Below, in pieces: positions 18,710 to 29,891 of a DNA stretch of 64,000 bases. Both the position numbers and the translations under genes were made by a program. The notes under the pieces are model-generated. The model searched no databases, was not told the DNA's origin, and saw only the letters and a list, made by a program, of their open reading frames with translations. The DNA comes from Dehalococcoidia bacterium. Lineage in GTDB: Bacteria; Chloroflexota; Dehalococcoidia; Bin125. The stretch is from NCBI GenBank assembly GCA_963663235.2, contig CAXXNO010000005.1:113605-177604 (forward strand), written 5' to 3'. Each line of letters starts with the position of its first letter. Position 1 is the first letter of the stretch.

Positions 18710-19351
18710 GTGCAGATAGAGATCCGCCCCGCCGCCGCCACCGATATTCCAGTGCTGGAGCGCCGCTGCTGGCGTGGGGGCGAGGAGGAAATGCGCCGCC
18801 GGATCAGCGACCAGGGCGCTTGCTCCATCATCGCCCTGGACGGCGCGCGTCCGGTCGGCCAGCTTTACGTTCGCGCCTATCAGCCGGGCTTCCGCTCACC
18901 GGAGGGCTTGCACGACGGCTCTTGGTGGGCGGACCTCTCCGGCGTGGAGGACCGGGCGGAGCTGCCGCCTCGCACGGCCATGCTCGGCTGCTGGCATGTC
19001 GGTTGGGTGCTGGAGACGGACGGCGAGCGGCGCGAGGCGCCGGAGTATCGCGGGCGGGGCATCGGCATCGCTCTGCTCCGCGGCGCCATCGACTGGCTCC
19101 GATCGGACGCCGCCCCCTTCGACGCGATCGCCGCCAAAGCCGCCGCGAGCGAGGAACGCCCCTACCTGGAGTGGCTCGGCGGGCTGCCGCTTGCCATCTA
19201 TGCTTCGTTGGGATTCGCCACTCTCGCCACCTACGACGATCCCTATCTGCTGGCCGAGCCCACCGCCGTGCCCGCGGAAGCCATGGTCACGCACCCCGCT
19301 CGCTTCCACCTCGTACGGCTCTCCCTTCCGCCTGCCCCCCCGGATCGGTAG
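18710..19351 (+). CDS. GNAT family N-acetyltransferase
   Basis: IEIRPA start, YRGRGIGIALL motif A, YASLGF. Confidence 0.75.
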   Translation: MQIEIRPAAATDIPVLERRCWRGGEEEMRRRISDQGACSIIALDGARPVGQLYVRAYQPGFRSPEGLHDGSWWADLSGVEDRAELPPRTAMLGCWHVGWVLETDGERREAPEYRGRGIGIALLRGAIDWLRSDAAPFDAIAAKAAASEERPYLEWLGGLPLAIYASLGFATLATYDDPYLLAEPTAVPAEAMVTHPARFHLVRLSLPPAPPDR

Positions 19352-19425
19352 ACGCCCCCGCGCTCGATCGGCGTGCCACATCGCCCCTCCTCGGTCGATG
19401 CGCGCTCCTCATCTCGCGGCGGCCG

Positions 19426-22173
19426 TCAGCCATCCTCCCGGGCGCGACCGCGCGAGATCTCTTCCTCCTTGGGAGACTTGATCACCCAATCGATGATCTC
19501 GCGCCAGTAGCGCTTGATCACATACTGGCCGGCGATCGCAAAGATGATGGCCGGGATCACAATCGCCCACTCATCGCCATCTACGGGCTGGAAATCGAAG
19601 AGTTCCCGGAACCACTCCGTGTACAAGATCAGCATGAACATCCCCAAGAGCAACAGGCCGAAGAGCGTCACGATGATCGGGCGCAGCGGTTTGCGCAATT
19701 TCGCGCCCTCAAATCCCACGATCTCGACCATGAAGACCAGGCCCACGATTCCGATCGTCAGCGAAACCAGCGTCCGCGCATCATCGATCGACCGATCCAG
19801 GAACCCTCGCGTTAGAAGATGGACGGAGGCCGTCGCGGCCGCGAGCGCCAGCGACGCCGGCAGCGCGAACCGCAGGACGTTCGTGGTGAAGTTCTCGCTC
19901 GCGGAGAGCGGAGATCGCGTCACGGCGATGAAAATCGCGGGAATCCCCAGCGTGATCACGGCGGTCAGACCCCCCTGGCGCGGCAGGAACGGGAACTCCA
20001 GACCGAGGAAATTCGTCGCCACGATGATGAAGTACGCGTAGAAACTCTTGGTGATGTACAGCTTGCTCAGCTGCGAGCTGTTCCCCAACACCGACTGCGC
20101 GATCGCGGCGCCGCGCACGAATGCTTGAAACGAGTCACGCCGCAGGATGATGCCCGCTACCCCTCGCGCCGTGTTGGTCCCGGACTCCATCGCTATGGCC
20201 ACGTCGGCGGCGCGCAGCGCGCGGACGTCGTTGGCGCCGTCTCCCACCATCGCCACAAAGTGCCGTCCATCGCGCAGCGCAGTGACGATCCGCGCCTTCT
20301 GCTGCGGCCCGATCCGGCCGAAGATGCTGTTCTCCTCCACGGCCTGCGCGAACGCCTCGTCATCCAGGGCGTCCAGCTCGCGACCGGAGATCACGCCCCC
20401 TCGCAGATCCAGGTTCAGCTGCCGGACCAGCGCGGTCACCGTCTGCGGGTTGTCCCCGCTGATGATCTTGGGCTCGATCTCCAGCTCCGCCATCTTCTCA
20501 AACGCGCTGGTGATCTCGGGCCGGAGCACATCCGACACCGTGATCAAGGCCACGGCTCGCAGGTGGGTGAGACCTCCGTCCGGGTCGGGCAGGGCCTCCG
20601 CTTCGGCGAAGACCACGCTGCGCAGCCCCTGCGCGGCGGCCTCATCCTGAGCCGCGCTCAGCTCCTCACCGTTGCCGCAATGCGGCAGCACCGTCTCCGG
20701 CGCTCCCAGCACGAACGATCGTCGGGTGGCGCTCCGGGTCAGCTCCAGCGCGCTCCAGCGCCGGTCGGAGCTGAACGGCACGTTGCCCGTGGGGTGCGCG
20801 CCGTTCGTCGACTCCGCCAGCTTCACGGCCAGCGCACGCGCCGTTGGGCTCTCTTCCTGCGTCGCCGCCGTGAACGCTCCCAACCATGGCAGGTCCTGCT
20901 CCGCCTCGCGCGTCCAGTGCACACCGTCAAGGACCAGTTGGTTGGCGGTGATCGTGCCCGTCTTGTCCAGGCAGACCACGTCCACGTAGTTCAAGGCCTC
21001 CACGGCTCCGATGTCCTGCACCACGGCGCCGGCGCGGCTCAGCCGGACCGCCCCCACCGCGAACGCCACCGTCATCGCCAGCAGAAGCCCTTCCGGGACG
21101 ATTGTCGTGATGGTGGCGGCCGTGTCGGTGATGGCGTCGCCAAGGCTATCGTCCGCCACAGCGGAGGAGATGAGCAGCAACACGCCCAACACGCCGGTTG
21201 CGATCAGCATGACGCGCAGGATGCGCCGAAAACGGATCTGCAGCGGCGTGTCCCGTCGCACACGCTCACGGGCGTCTCCCGTCAGTCGCTGCGCATAGGC
21301 CTGCATCCCGACCCGTTCCGCGTTGTAGTGGCAGTGTCCGCCTGTGCAGAAGCTCCCGGACAACATCTCGTCGCCCGTCTCTTTCCGGATCGACGCGGAC
21401 TCCCCCGTCAACAACGATTCATCGATCTCCACGGCGCCGGCGACCACACGCCCGTCGGCGACCACCTGGTCGCCACGCATCAGGTGGAGCAGATCGCCCT
21501 GCACCACCTCCTGCGATAGCACCTCCGACTCTCGCCCCTCGCGGACCACCCGGGCACGCGGCGCCGTCAGCGCGACAAGCTCCCGCAGCGTGCGCGCCGC
21601 CCGGATCTCTTGAAACGTCCCGATCGCCACGTTCGCCGCCACAACGATCCCGACAAAGATGCCGTCTTGGAACTTCCCGAAGTCTTGCTCCACGGCGCCA
21701 ACGATGAACAGCATGACGATCAGCGTTCCCAGGACGCCGTTGAAGAACGTCAGCGTGTTCTCTCGGATGATGTCGCCGTTGGTCCGCGGGCGGGAACTGT
21801 CCACGTTGGCCAGGCCTTCGGCGCCGCGCTGCGCCGCAACGGCGCTGGTGAGGCCGGTAAGATCGGCCGCCGGCGTCGCCCTCACCGGAGGGCGCACCGG
21901 CTCGACGACGGAGGCCGTCGCCTCGCGCTCGGCCACGCCCGCCTCGGCCGGTTCCACGGCATCCGCTGCGCCCTCGGTGTCTCGCACCACCGGGGTCCGC
22001 TCTTGCGGCGCTTCGTCCGCGTGAGTGCGCGCGCCGCTCGTGTCCGGCGGCCCCGTGGATTCGGTGCGCTCTGCGGACCCGGGCGCCCGCTCGCGCGGCC
22101 GGAGGGGTGGCTGCCCCTCCTCGAGCGCCGCAAGATCGAATTCCTGGTCGTTCTGGTTGTCTTGGTCGTCCAC
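19426..22173 (-). CDS. Cation-translocating P-type ATPase (CtpE-like)
   Basis: DESLLTGES, VPEGL, DKTGT, GDGAND; GTG start 7 nt after TAGACT -10. Confidence 0.9.
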   Translation of the reverse strand: MDDQDNQNDQEFDLAALEEGQPPLRPRERAPGSAERTESTGPPDTSGARTHADEAPQERTPVVRDTEGAADAVEPAEAGVAEREATASVVEPVRPPVRATPAADLTGLTSAVAAQRGAEGLANVDSSRPRTNGDIIRENTLTFFNGVLGTLIVMLFIVGAVEQDFGKFQDGIFVGIVVAANVAIGTFQEIRAARTLRELVALTAPRARVVREGRESEVLSQEVVQGDLLHLMRGDQVVADGRVVAGAVEIDESLLTGESASIRKETGDEMLSGSFCTGGHCHYNAERVGMQAYAQRLTGDARERVRRDTPLQIRFRRILRVMLIATGVLGVLLLISSAVADDSLGDAITDTAATITTIVPEGLLLAMTVAFAVGAVRLSRAGAVVQDIGAVEALNYVDVVCLDKTGTITANQLVLDGVHWTREAEQDLPWLGAFTAATQEESPTARALAVKLAESTNGAHPTGNVPFSSDRRWSALELTRSATRRSFVLGAPETVLPHCGNGEELSAAQDEAAAQGLRSVVFAEAEALPDPDGGLTHLRAVALITVSDVLRPEITSAFEKMAELEIEPKIISGDNPQTVTALVRQLNLDLRGGVISGRELDALDDEAFAQAVEENSIFGRIGPQQKARIVTALRDGRHFVAMVGDGANDVRALRAADVAIAMESGTNTARGVAGIILRRDSFQAFVRGAAIAQSVLGNSSQLSKLYITKSFYAYFIIVATNFLGLEFPFLPRQGGLTAVITLGIPAIFIAVTRSPLSASENFTTNVLRFALPASLALAAATASVHLLTRGFLDRSIDDARTLVSLTIGIVGLVFMVEIVGFEGAKLRKPLRPIIVTLFGLLLLGMFMLILYTEWFRELFDFQPVDGDEWAIVIPAIIFAIAGQYVIKRYWREIIDWVIKSPKEEEISRGRAREDG

Positions 22174-22495
22174 GCAAAGCAGTCTATCGTGCGCCCCGCC
22201 GCTCTTTCGCGTCAGGCGCGCCGTGCTGGCGGCTGGCGGCGCCGGCGGCGGTTGCGATGGCGCTGTCCCGTCGACGCGGGCGGATCGCTGCCACTTTTGG
22301 CCGGATGCTTCCGCTCTGATGCGGACTCGACGGCGGCGTGCGGCGCTCCTCGCGCTCGCCGATCTGATGAGCGACGCCAAGCGCGTGCGGGTGACAGCCT
22401 ACGGCCCCAGCGCGTCCGCCGGGGAAGCCACGGTGATGCAGAAGCTCCTGGACCGCCGCCGGCGACGGTAGACGCAGCCCGCCAAGCGCGTCGTC

Positions 22496-22978
22496 TTAGG
22501 ACGCGCTCGGCTCCCCCTCCGGCTGGATCAGCAGATGACTGATCACGCCCTTCACCTCGTGCACTGCTCGGATCCGCTGAATGATGTCGGTGGCTTCGGC
22601 TTCGCTTTGCGCTGATCCAAATACGTGAATCACGCCTTCCGCCGCCGTGAGGTTGATGTGTGAGAGCTCCTGGGGGGAATGCCGAAAGGCCGTGCTGCGC
22701 ACCTTGTCCACCAGCGTGCCTTCTTCGTCCGGCAGCGGCGGCTCCTCCGAAAGGTGTGTGCGCACGGCGGCGTCGTGGATCACGTCCTTCACGTGGCCGC
22801 GCTCGTACCGCGCGCGCTGCTGCACCGTATGCTGAACTTGCCGCGATCGATGCGCCAGTTGCTCCCGCGTGCGAACCCGCCGTTCCCTTCCGCTGCGGGG
22901 ATCCAAGAGGGTCATCAGCGCGGCGCCGCTGAGAGCCCCGGCCGCGAAAACAGTGCCGTAGCGCAATAGTGCCGGCAT
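22496..22978 (-). CDS. BON-domain membrane protein
   Basis: N-terminal TM, LDPRSGRERR, C-terminal BON-like GVIHVFG...VKGVISHL. Confidence 0.75.
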   Translation of the reverse strand: MPALLRYGTVFAAGALSGAALMTLLDPRSGRERRVRTREQLAHRSRQVQHTVQQRARYERGHVKDVIHDAAVRTHLSEEPPLPDEEGTLVDKVRSTAFRHSPQELSHINLTAAEGVIHVFGSAQSEAEATDIIQRIRAVHEVKGVISHLLIQPEGEPSAS

Positions 22979-23006
22979 CTTCAGATCCTTTTCCGCCCGG
23001 ATGCCC

Positions 23007-23693
23007 TCAATCGGCTGGGGCTCCCCCGGTCAAGTGCCGCAGGAACCAGTCGCGGGCCAGCCCGGCCACCTGTTCAAGCGTACCCGGTTCTTCGAAGAGA
23101 TGGCTAGCGCCCGGCACGACAGCCAGCTCCTTCTCGGCCGGCAGCTGCGCCAGCGCCTCGCGGTTGAGCGCCAGCACCGTGGTGTCCAGCCCGCCCACGA
23201 TGAGCAGCGTGGGTGCACGCACGCGCGACAACGCCGCCCCCGCCAGGTCGGGCCGTCCGCCCCGCGACACGACGGCGTCCACCAGCGCTGGCCGCTCCGC
23301 CGCCGCCGCCAGCGCCGCTCCCCCGCCCGTGCTGGTCCCGAACATCCCTACCCGCAACTGGGCCGTCGCCGCGCTCTGCTTCAACCACTCCATCGCCCCC
23401 ACCAGCCGCTCCGCGAGCAGATCGATGTCGAGCCGCAATGCGCCTGTCCGCAGATCCACCGCCTCTTCCTCTTCCGTGAGCAGGTCCAAAAGGAGTGTCG
23501 CGAGTCCTGCCTCTCGGAGCACCCCAGCCACATATCGGTTCCGCGGGCTAATGCGGCTGCTGCCACTCCCGTGCGCGAACAGCACCACACCCTGGGCCTC
23601 TGCGGGCACGTGGAGATCGCCGGCCAGCCGCACCCCCGCTGCGGGTACCGTCACCTCTGGCGCCGTCTCCGATCGCACCGGCGTCTTCTCCAT
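23007..23693 (-). CDS. Dienelactone-hydrolase-like alpha/beta hydrolase
   Basis: FAHGSGSSR.SPRN, FGTSTG, SRGGRPDLA, VPGASHLFEE. Confidence 0.88.
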   Translation of the reverse strand: MEKTPVRSETAPEVTVPAAGVRLAGDLHVPAEAQGVVLFAHGSGSSRISPRNRYVAGVLREAGLATLLLDLLTEEEEAVDLRTGALRLDIDLLAERLVGAMEWLKQSAATAQLRVGMFGTSTGGGAALAAAAERPALVDAVVSRGGRPDLAGAALSRVRAPTLLIVGGLDTTVLALNREALAQLPAEKELAVVPGASHLFEEPGTLEQVAGLARDWFLRHLTGGAPAD

Positions 23694-24256
23694 GCCGCCC
23701 GCCCGCCCGCCGCCGCGCCGCTCGCCCATGTAAAGCCGTTGGCGCTCGGCGCCCACTCACGGCTGCCGCGCGGCCCCTGCGCCCGGCCCTGAGGAAACTG
23801 TGGTAAACTGGCCCCGTCGCCGATGAAATTCGAACCGGCAACCCAACGCTCGCCGAACGCATTTCGAACGCACGTCTCGTGCCTTGGCCATCCTACATGC
23901 CCGTGCGTCGGCTGATCCCGTCAAGCCCGAAGCGGCGCGTTATCCGCTAAGGCGCAACTCTCCGCTGGTGCGGGCTCCGCCTGATCGGGGTCCCACGGAG
24001 GCGGAAGCGATACAGGAACAAGGGGAGAGTTTGTCTATGCCGCGTATGCGACCCCGCCGTCGCTCTTCGGAGGATCAGCGGAACCCCGACAGCCAGCCCG
24101 CCAACCTGGACCATCGGGTCGGCCACCGCAGCCTGCTTCGAGATGGGATCCCGGCCTTCGCTCGAGCCTCCCACTGGGCGCACAGCCGCCGATCCCGCCG
24201 AGACGCCCCCAAGAACGCTGCCAAAGAACGGCGCTGAGATACCGAGAAACGGCGAA

Positions 24257-25882
<1,626 letters not shown>

Positions 25883-25981
25883 GCGCCGTCCTCGCGGATC
25901 CGGCGCCTCGGCCCCCGTCCCCACGGGGAGTTCCCCTCCCCGGCCGGCCCCCGCCCATCCTCCCCGGCGCCGCTGGCGCCG

Positions 25982-26986
25982 TCAGGCGCGGCCCGCCAGC
26001 CGGTAGGCATCCTCGATCAGCGCCATCGCCCGGGCGCACTCGCGCGCGGGCACCGGGGGCGGCAGTCCCTCGCCGATGCGCTCCAGGCAGTCCTTGATGG
26101 TCAGGGGATACCCGGGTGCGAAGGTCGACGGTGAGGGCATGACCTCGTCGCGCTCCGGCGTCAGGATGTGCAGTCCGTCCGGCACCAACCGCAGCAGCGC
26201 CTTCTCGCCCGCCACCTTTTGCTCCAGGTCGCTGCTGTTCTTCGGCCACGTGGGCATGGTGTAGCCGACTTCGTTGTGGATGATGATCCCGCTCGGCGTA
26301 CGCAGCGTGGCCAGGGCGTAGTCCTCGACCTCCGTGCCATGCACGGCGTTGCTGATCACGGCCGAGATGACCTCAGGCTCTTCGCCCGTGATGAACCGGG
26401 CGATGTCCATCCCGTGAAACCCCAGGTTCAACAGCGCACCGCCCCCCGCCGCCCGGCGCTCGTACATCCACTCCGATAGCCAATCGCGGTAGCGTTGCAT
26501 GGTCGGCCGGATCATCCGAAACACGATGTGCGAGACCGTCCCGAACTCACCCTGCTCCATCATCCGCTTGGCCGTCGTCGCCCAGGGCAGGTACCGCATC
26601 ATGAACGGCGCCGCCACCCAGGTGCCCTTCGCCTCCGCGAGGTCCGCCAGGCTCGACACCGTCGCCGCGTCGATGCCCCACGGCTTCTCCATCACAAACG
26701 GGATGCCGGTCTCCACGAGATAGCGGAACGTCGACGGCATATCGACGTGGCGCCCCAGCGCGATCACGAACTCCGGCTGGCTCTCCTCGATCATCCGTCG
26801 GTAGTCGCTGTATGCCCTGCCGCCGTATTCGTCGGCCCGCTGCTGGGCGATGGCGATGTTGCGGTCGGACACCCCCACCACCTCCACCCCCAGCTCCCCC
26901 AGCACGCGGAGGTAAGCGGCGTCGTAGGCCGCGTGCCAGTGGCTCACGTCGATCACGGCCGCCCGTCGTGGTCGCGCCACAGCCAT
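25982..26986 (-). CDS. Gfo/Idh/MocA family oxidoreductase
   Basis: MEKPW, GGGALLNLGFHGMD, VEDYA. Confidence 0.88.
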   Translation of the reverse strand: MAVARPRRAAVIDVSHWHAAYDAAYLRVLGELGVEVVGVSDRNIAIAQQRADEYGGRAYSDYRRMIEESQPEFVIALGRHVDMPSTFRYLVETGIPFVMEKPWGIDAATVSSLADLAEAKGTWVAAPFMMRYLPWATTAKRMMEQGEFGTVSHIVFRMIRPTMQRYRDWLSEWMYERRAAGGGALLNLGFHGMDIARFITGEEPEVISAVISNAVHGTEVEDYALATLRTPSGIIIHNEVGYTMPTWPKNSSDLEQKVAGEKALLRLVPDGLHILTPERDEVMPSPSTFAPGYPLTIKDCLERIGEGLPPPVPARECARAMALIEDAYRLAGRA

Positions 26987-27260
26987 CTCCGTTCACGCTG
27001 CGAGCCCCGGTCGGCTCCCGCCGGAGAATAGCAAGAACGTCGTCGGCCGCCCCCGTCGGACCCCACACGCCGCCATCGCCCGGCGATACCGCTGAGACCT
27101 TCGCCGCCTTTCCGCTCCTTCTGGGACCCGTCGCTTGCCCCTGCCTTGGTTTCTGCCCCGCCTTATATTCCCGCCGGGTCGCGGTCGGTTTGACCCAACG
27201 ACAGCCGCCTTCGTATCGTCAGTTCAGCCACCCTGGACGGTGGCAGGGCGGAGAATCTCG

Positions 27261-27780
27261 ATGCGTGGTCGCCTCCTTGCCCTTTCCGCAATCTCGATGC
27301 TGGCCGCAGGGCTGTTGATCGCCTGCGGTGGCGACGGTGAAGAAACGGTAACCATCCGCGGCGACGATGGAGAAGACATCCAGGCCACAATCCGCGTGGA
27401 GGGCGACGGTGACGAGGTCACCATCACCAGTGAGGAAGGCGATGTGTTTGCCAGCCTCGGAGGTGATCTCGTCGACGGCTATCCGCAGGAGCTGATCTAC
27501 CCCGGCGCCGAGCTGACCTTCAGCGCCGCGACGGAGGTGGAGGGGAAGCAGCAGTTCGTCGCCTTCTGGGAGACGGACGACGACGCGGACGCCGTCCTGG
27601 ACTTCTACGAGCGGGCCTTCGATGCCCTCGGGATCCAGGGCGAGAAGGAGCGCGTGTCGTTTGGCGGGATCGCCACCTTGAACGTCGGACCGGAGGATGC
27701 CGGCGCCGCGGTCCTCTTCGACGAGGGCTCCGGCGAAAGCGGTGGCAAACGTGGTCACGATCGCCTACTTCGCTGACTAG
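27261..27780 (+). CDS. Acidic lipoprotein, hypothetical; probable frameshift near 27747
   Basis: Signal peptide with LIAC lipobox; alternative frame NVVTIAYFAD-TAG fits better at the end. Confidence 0.7.
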
Positions 27781-27798
27781 CGCGTCGCTCGCGCCCCG

Positions 27799-28365
27799 TC
27801 AGGTTTGTGTAAGCCGCACCCCTCGACGGCACAGGGGACAGTCGCCCGCCGCGTACGTCTCGATCTCCAACGTCATGCAGGCGTGGAACGGGAGCCCGAA
27901 CTCCGTCCGGCCGCCGCTGCGATCCACCACCACCCCCACCCCCACCGCTTCGCCCCCGGCGGCGCGGACCGCCGCCAGCGTCGCTCGCACCGATCCGCCC
28001 GTCGTGAGCACATCGTCGACGACCAACGTGCGTTGGCCACTCTGGAACGTGAATCCCCGCCCAAAGCTCCGGCCGGCGCCCTGCGCGTCACGCTCCGCGA
28101 AGTACGCCTTGGCGCCCAGCGCTCGCGCCGTCTCGTACGCCACGATGATCCCGCCCGTCGTCGGCCCCGCCACCACCTCCACCCTCGCATCGCCGAACCG
28201 CTCGGCGATCTGCCCGCACAGCCGTGCGGTGACCTCGGGGTTTTCCAGCAGCCGGAACTTCTCGACGTAGACCTCGCCGTGGCGGCCGGACGTGTACTGG
28301 AAGTGCCCCGTGAGGAGCGCGCCGGCCTCCCGAAGCAGGCGGCTCGCCTCGGCCTCCCGGCTCAC
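27799..28365 (-). CDS. pyrE: Orotate phosphoribosyltransferase
   Basis: GALLTGHF.YTSGRH, VVDDVLTTGGS; GTGA overlap with lepB. Confidence 0.92.
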   Translation of the reverse strand: MSREAEASRLLREAGALLTGHFQYTSGRHGEVYVEKFRLLENPEVTARLCGQIAERFGDARVEVVAGPTTGGIIVAYETARALGAKAYFAERDAQGAGRSFGRGFTFQSGQRTLVVDDVLTTGGSVRATLAAVRAAGGEAVGVGVVVDRSGGRTEFGLPFHACMTLEIETYAAGDCPLCRRGVRLTQT

Positions 28366-28991
28366 GGCGAACGCATCCGCAACGCGGACGGATCCTCCAC
28401 GAGTTCGATGTCCTCGCTGCCGCAGCCGCCGATCTGATTGAGCGGCAGCCAGCGGAACCAGCACTTCCCAACGATGAGCCGCTCGTGGATCGGGCCGAAG
28501 CTGCGGGAGTCCAGGCTCGCATTGCGATTGTCGCCGAGTACGTAATAGTGCTCGGGCGGCACGGTCGTGGGCGCCGTATCCCCCACCAGCGGGCCGTTCG
28601 TGAACGCCGTGTCGTCCAGGACCTCGCCGTTGACCAGGACGCTCCCGCTCCGGATCTCCACCACGTCGCCCGGTAACCCGATCACCCGCTTCACGAAATC
28701 CCGCGACAAGTCACTCGGCGACTGGAACACCACGATGTCCCCGCGCCCCGGTCCGCCGAAGAGGAAGTCGCCGTTGCTCTTGCCCGGCGCCAGCGCGTCC
28801 AACGGGCCGATGTCCAGCCGCTTATACGACAGCTTGTTGACCACCACAAAGTCGTTGTCACTCACGGTGGGGACCATGCTGGATCCCTCAACCTGGAAGT
28901 TCTGCATCCCTTCGCGCACCAGCAGGAAGACCAGCAGCGCGAGAATGACGGTCTCGATGATGTCGCGCAGGGGACCGTGACGAAGGTTCAT
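28362..28991 (-). CDS. lepB: Signal peptidase I
   Basis: GSSMVPT, FVKRVIGLPGD, GDNRNASLDSR. Confidence 0.95.
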   Translation of the reverse strand: MNLRHGPLRDIIETVILALLVFLLVREGMQNFQVEGSSMVPTVSDNDFVVVNKLSYKRLDIGPLDALAPGKSNGDFLFGGPGRGDIVVFQSPSDLSRDFVKRVIGLPGDVVEIRSGSVLVNGEVLDDTAFTNGPLVGDTAPTTVPPEHYYVLGDNRNASLDSRSFGPIHERLIVGKCWFRWLPLNQIGGCGSEDIELVEDPSALRMRSP

Positions 28992-29231
28992 TGTTGACGC
29001 CGGAATAGACAGGCGTTGCCAGGGTATGCTCGCCCTTGCGCTGTGCCAACCGCCGGAGCCTCACGCGCCGTGCCCGCGGTCCGCCCGCGTGCGCGGCGGA
29101 CGGCGCACCGCTCGGAGCGCTGATACACTCGGCCCGAACTCTCGCAGACCATCGTGGCGATGACGACATCGCCCGGCTGAAACGGACCACTCTCCGGGGC
29201 CTGCTCGCGCGAAAGGCCCGATTGAAAAGAG

Positions 29232-29891
29232 ATGACTGAACGCCAAGGCGATGAGACGCCCCTGAACGACGATGCCCTGGCCACCTTGGCCCAGGCCGGC
29301 GACCTCCCCGCCTTCAACGAGCTCGTCGAGCGCTATCAGCGCTCCGTCTTTGGTCTCTGCCTGCGCATGCTGTCGTCGCCCGCCGCCGCCGAGGACGCGG
29401 CCCAGGAGACCTTCCTCTCCGCCTGGCGCGGCCTGCGCACGTATCGCGGTGGCTCGTTCCAGGGGTGGATCTTGCGCATCGCGGGGAATCGCTCCCGCGA
29501 TGAGTTGCGCCGGCGCAAGCGCCGCCCCGCCGACTCCCTGGACAATCTGATGGAGTGGCAAGGCGAAGCCGCGGCCGGCTCCGCCCCCGGTCGGACCCCT
29601 GAGCAGGCCGCCTTGGGGGCGGAGACGCTGCGGGCGGTCCAGGCCGGGCTCCAGACCTTGCCCGATGAGCAGCGCCTCGCCGTCCTCCTGTCGGACGTCC
29701 ACGGTCTCTCTTATCAAGAGGTCGCCCGGGCCATGGACACCTCCGTCGGGACCGTCAAATCGCGCATTAGCCGTGGACGGGCGCGCCTCCGCGACTACCT
29801 CCTCGCACGAAGGGAACTCCCCGGCGGCTCCCGCCGTCTTGCCGAGTATCACCAGCCGCCCGGGCCGTTCCGGGCAAGGAGCGACCAGTGA
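29232..29891 (+). CDS. ECF RNA polymerase sigma factor
   Basis: AFNELVERYQ, AEDAAQETF, GLSYQEVA, GTVKSRISRGR. Confidence 0.93.
   Translation: MTERQGDETPLNDDALATLAQAGDLPAFNELVERYQRSVFGLCLRMLSSPAAAEDAAQETFLSAWRGLRTYRGGSFQGWILRIAGNRSRDELRRRKRRPADSLDNLMEWQGEAAAGSAPGRTPEQAALGAETLRAVQAGLQTLPDEQRLAVLLSDVHGLSYQEVARAMDTSVGTVKSRISRGRARLRDYLLARRELPGGSRRLAEYHQPPGPFRARSDQ

Noticed and set aside
23828-23875. LexA (GAAC-N4-GTTC) box upstream of the sigma factor
   Set aside because: CGAACGCATTTCG has the wrong spacing and a mismatch; only short direct repeats
28996-29020. ECF promoter for lepB (GGCAAC-N15-CGTC)
   Set aside because: Spacer is shorter than typical and no second instance found to support it
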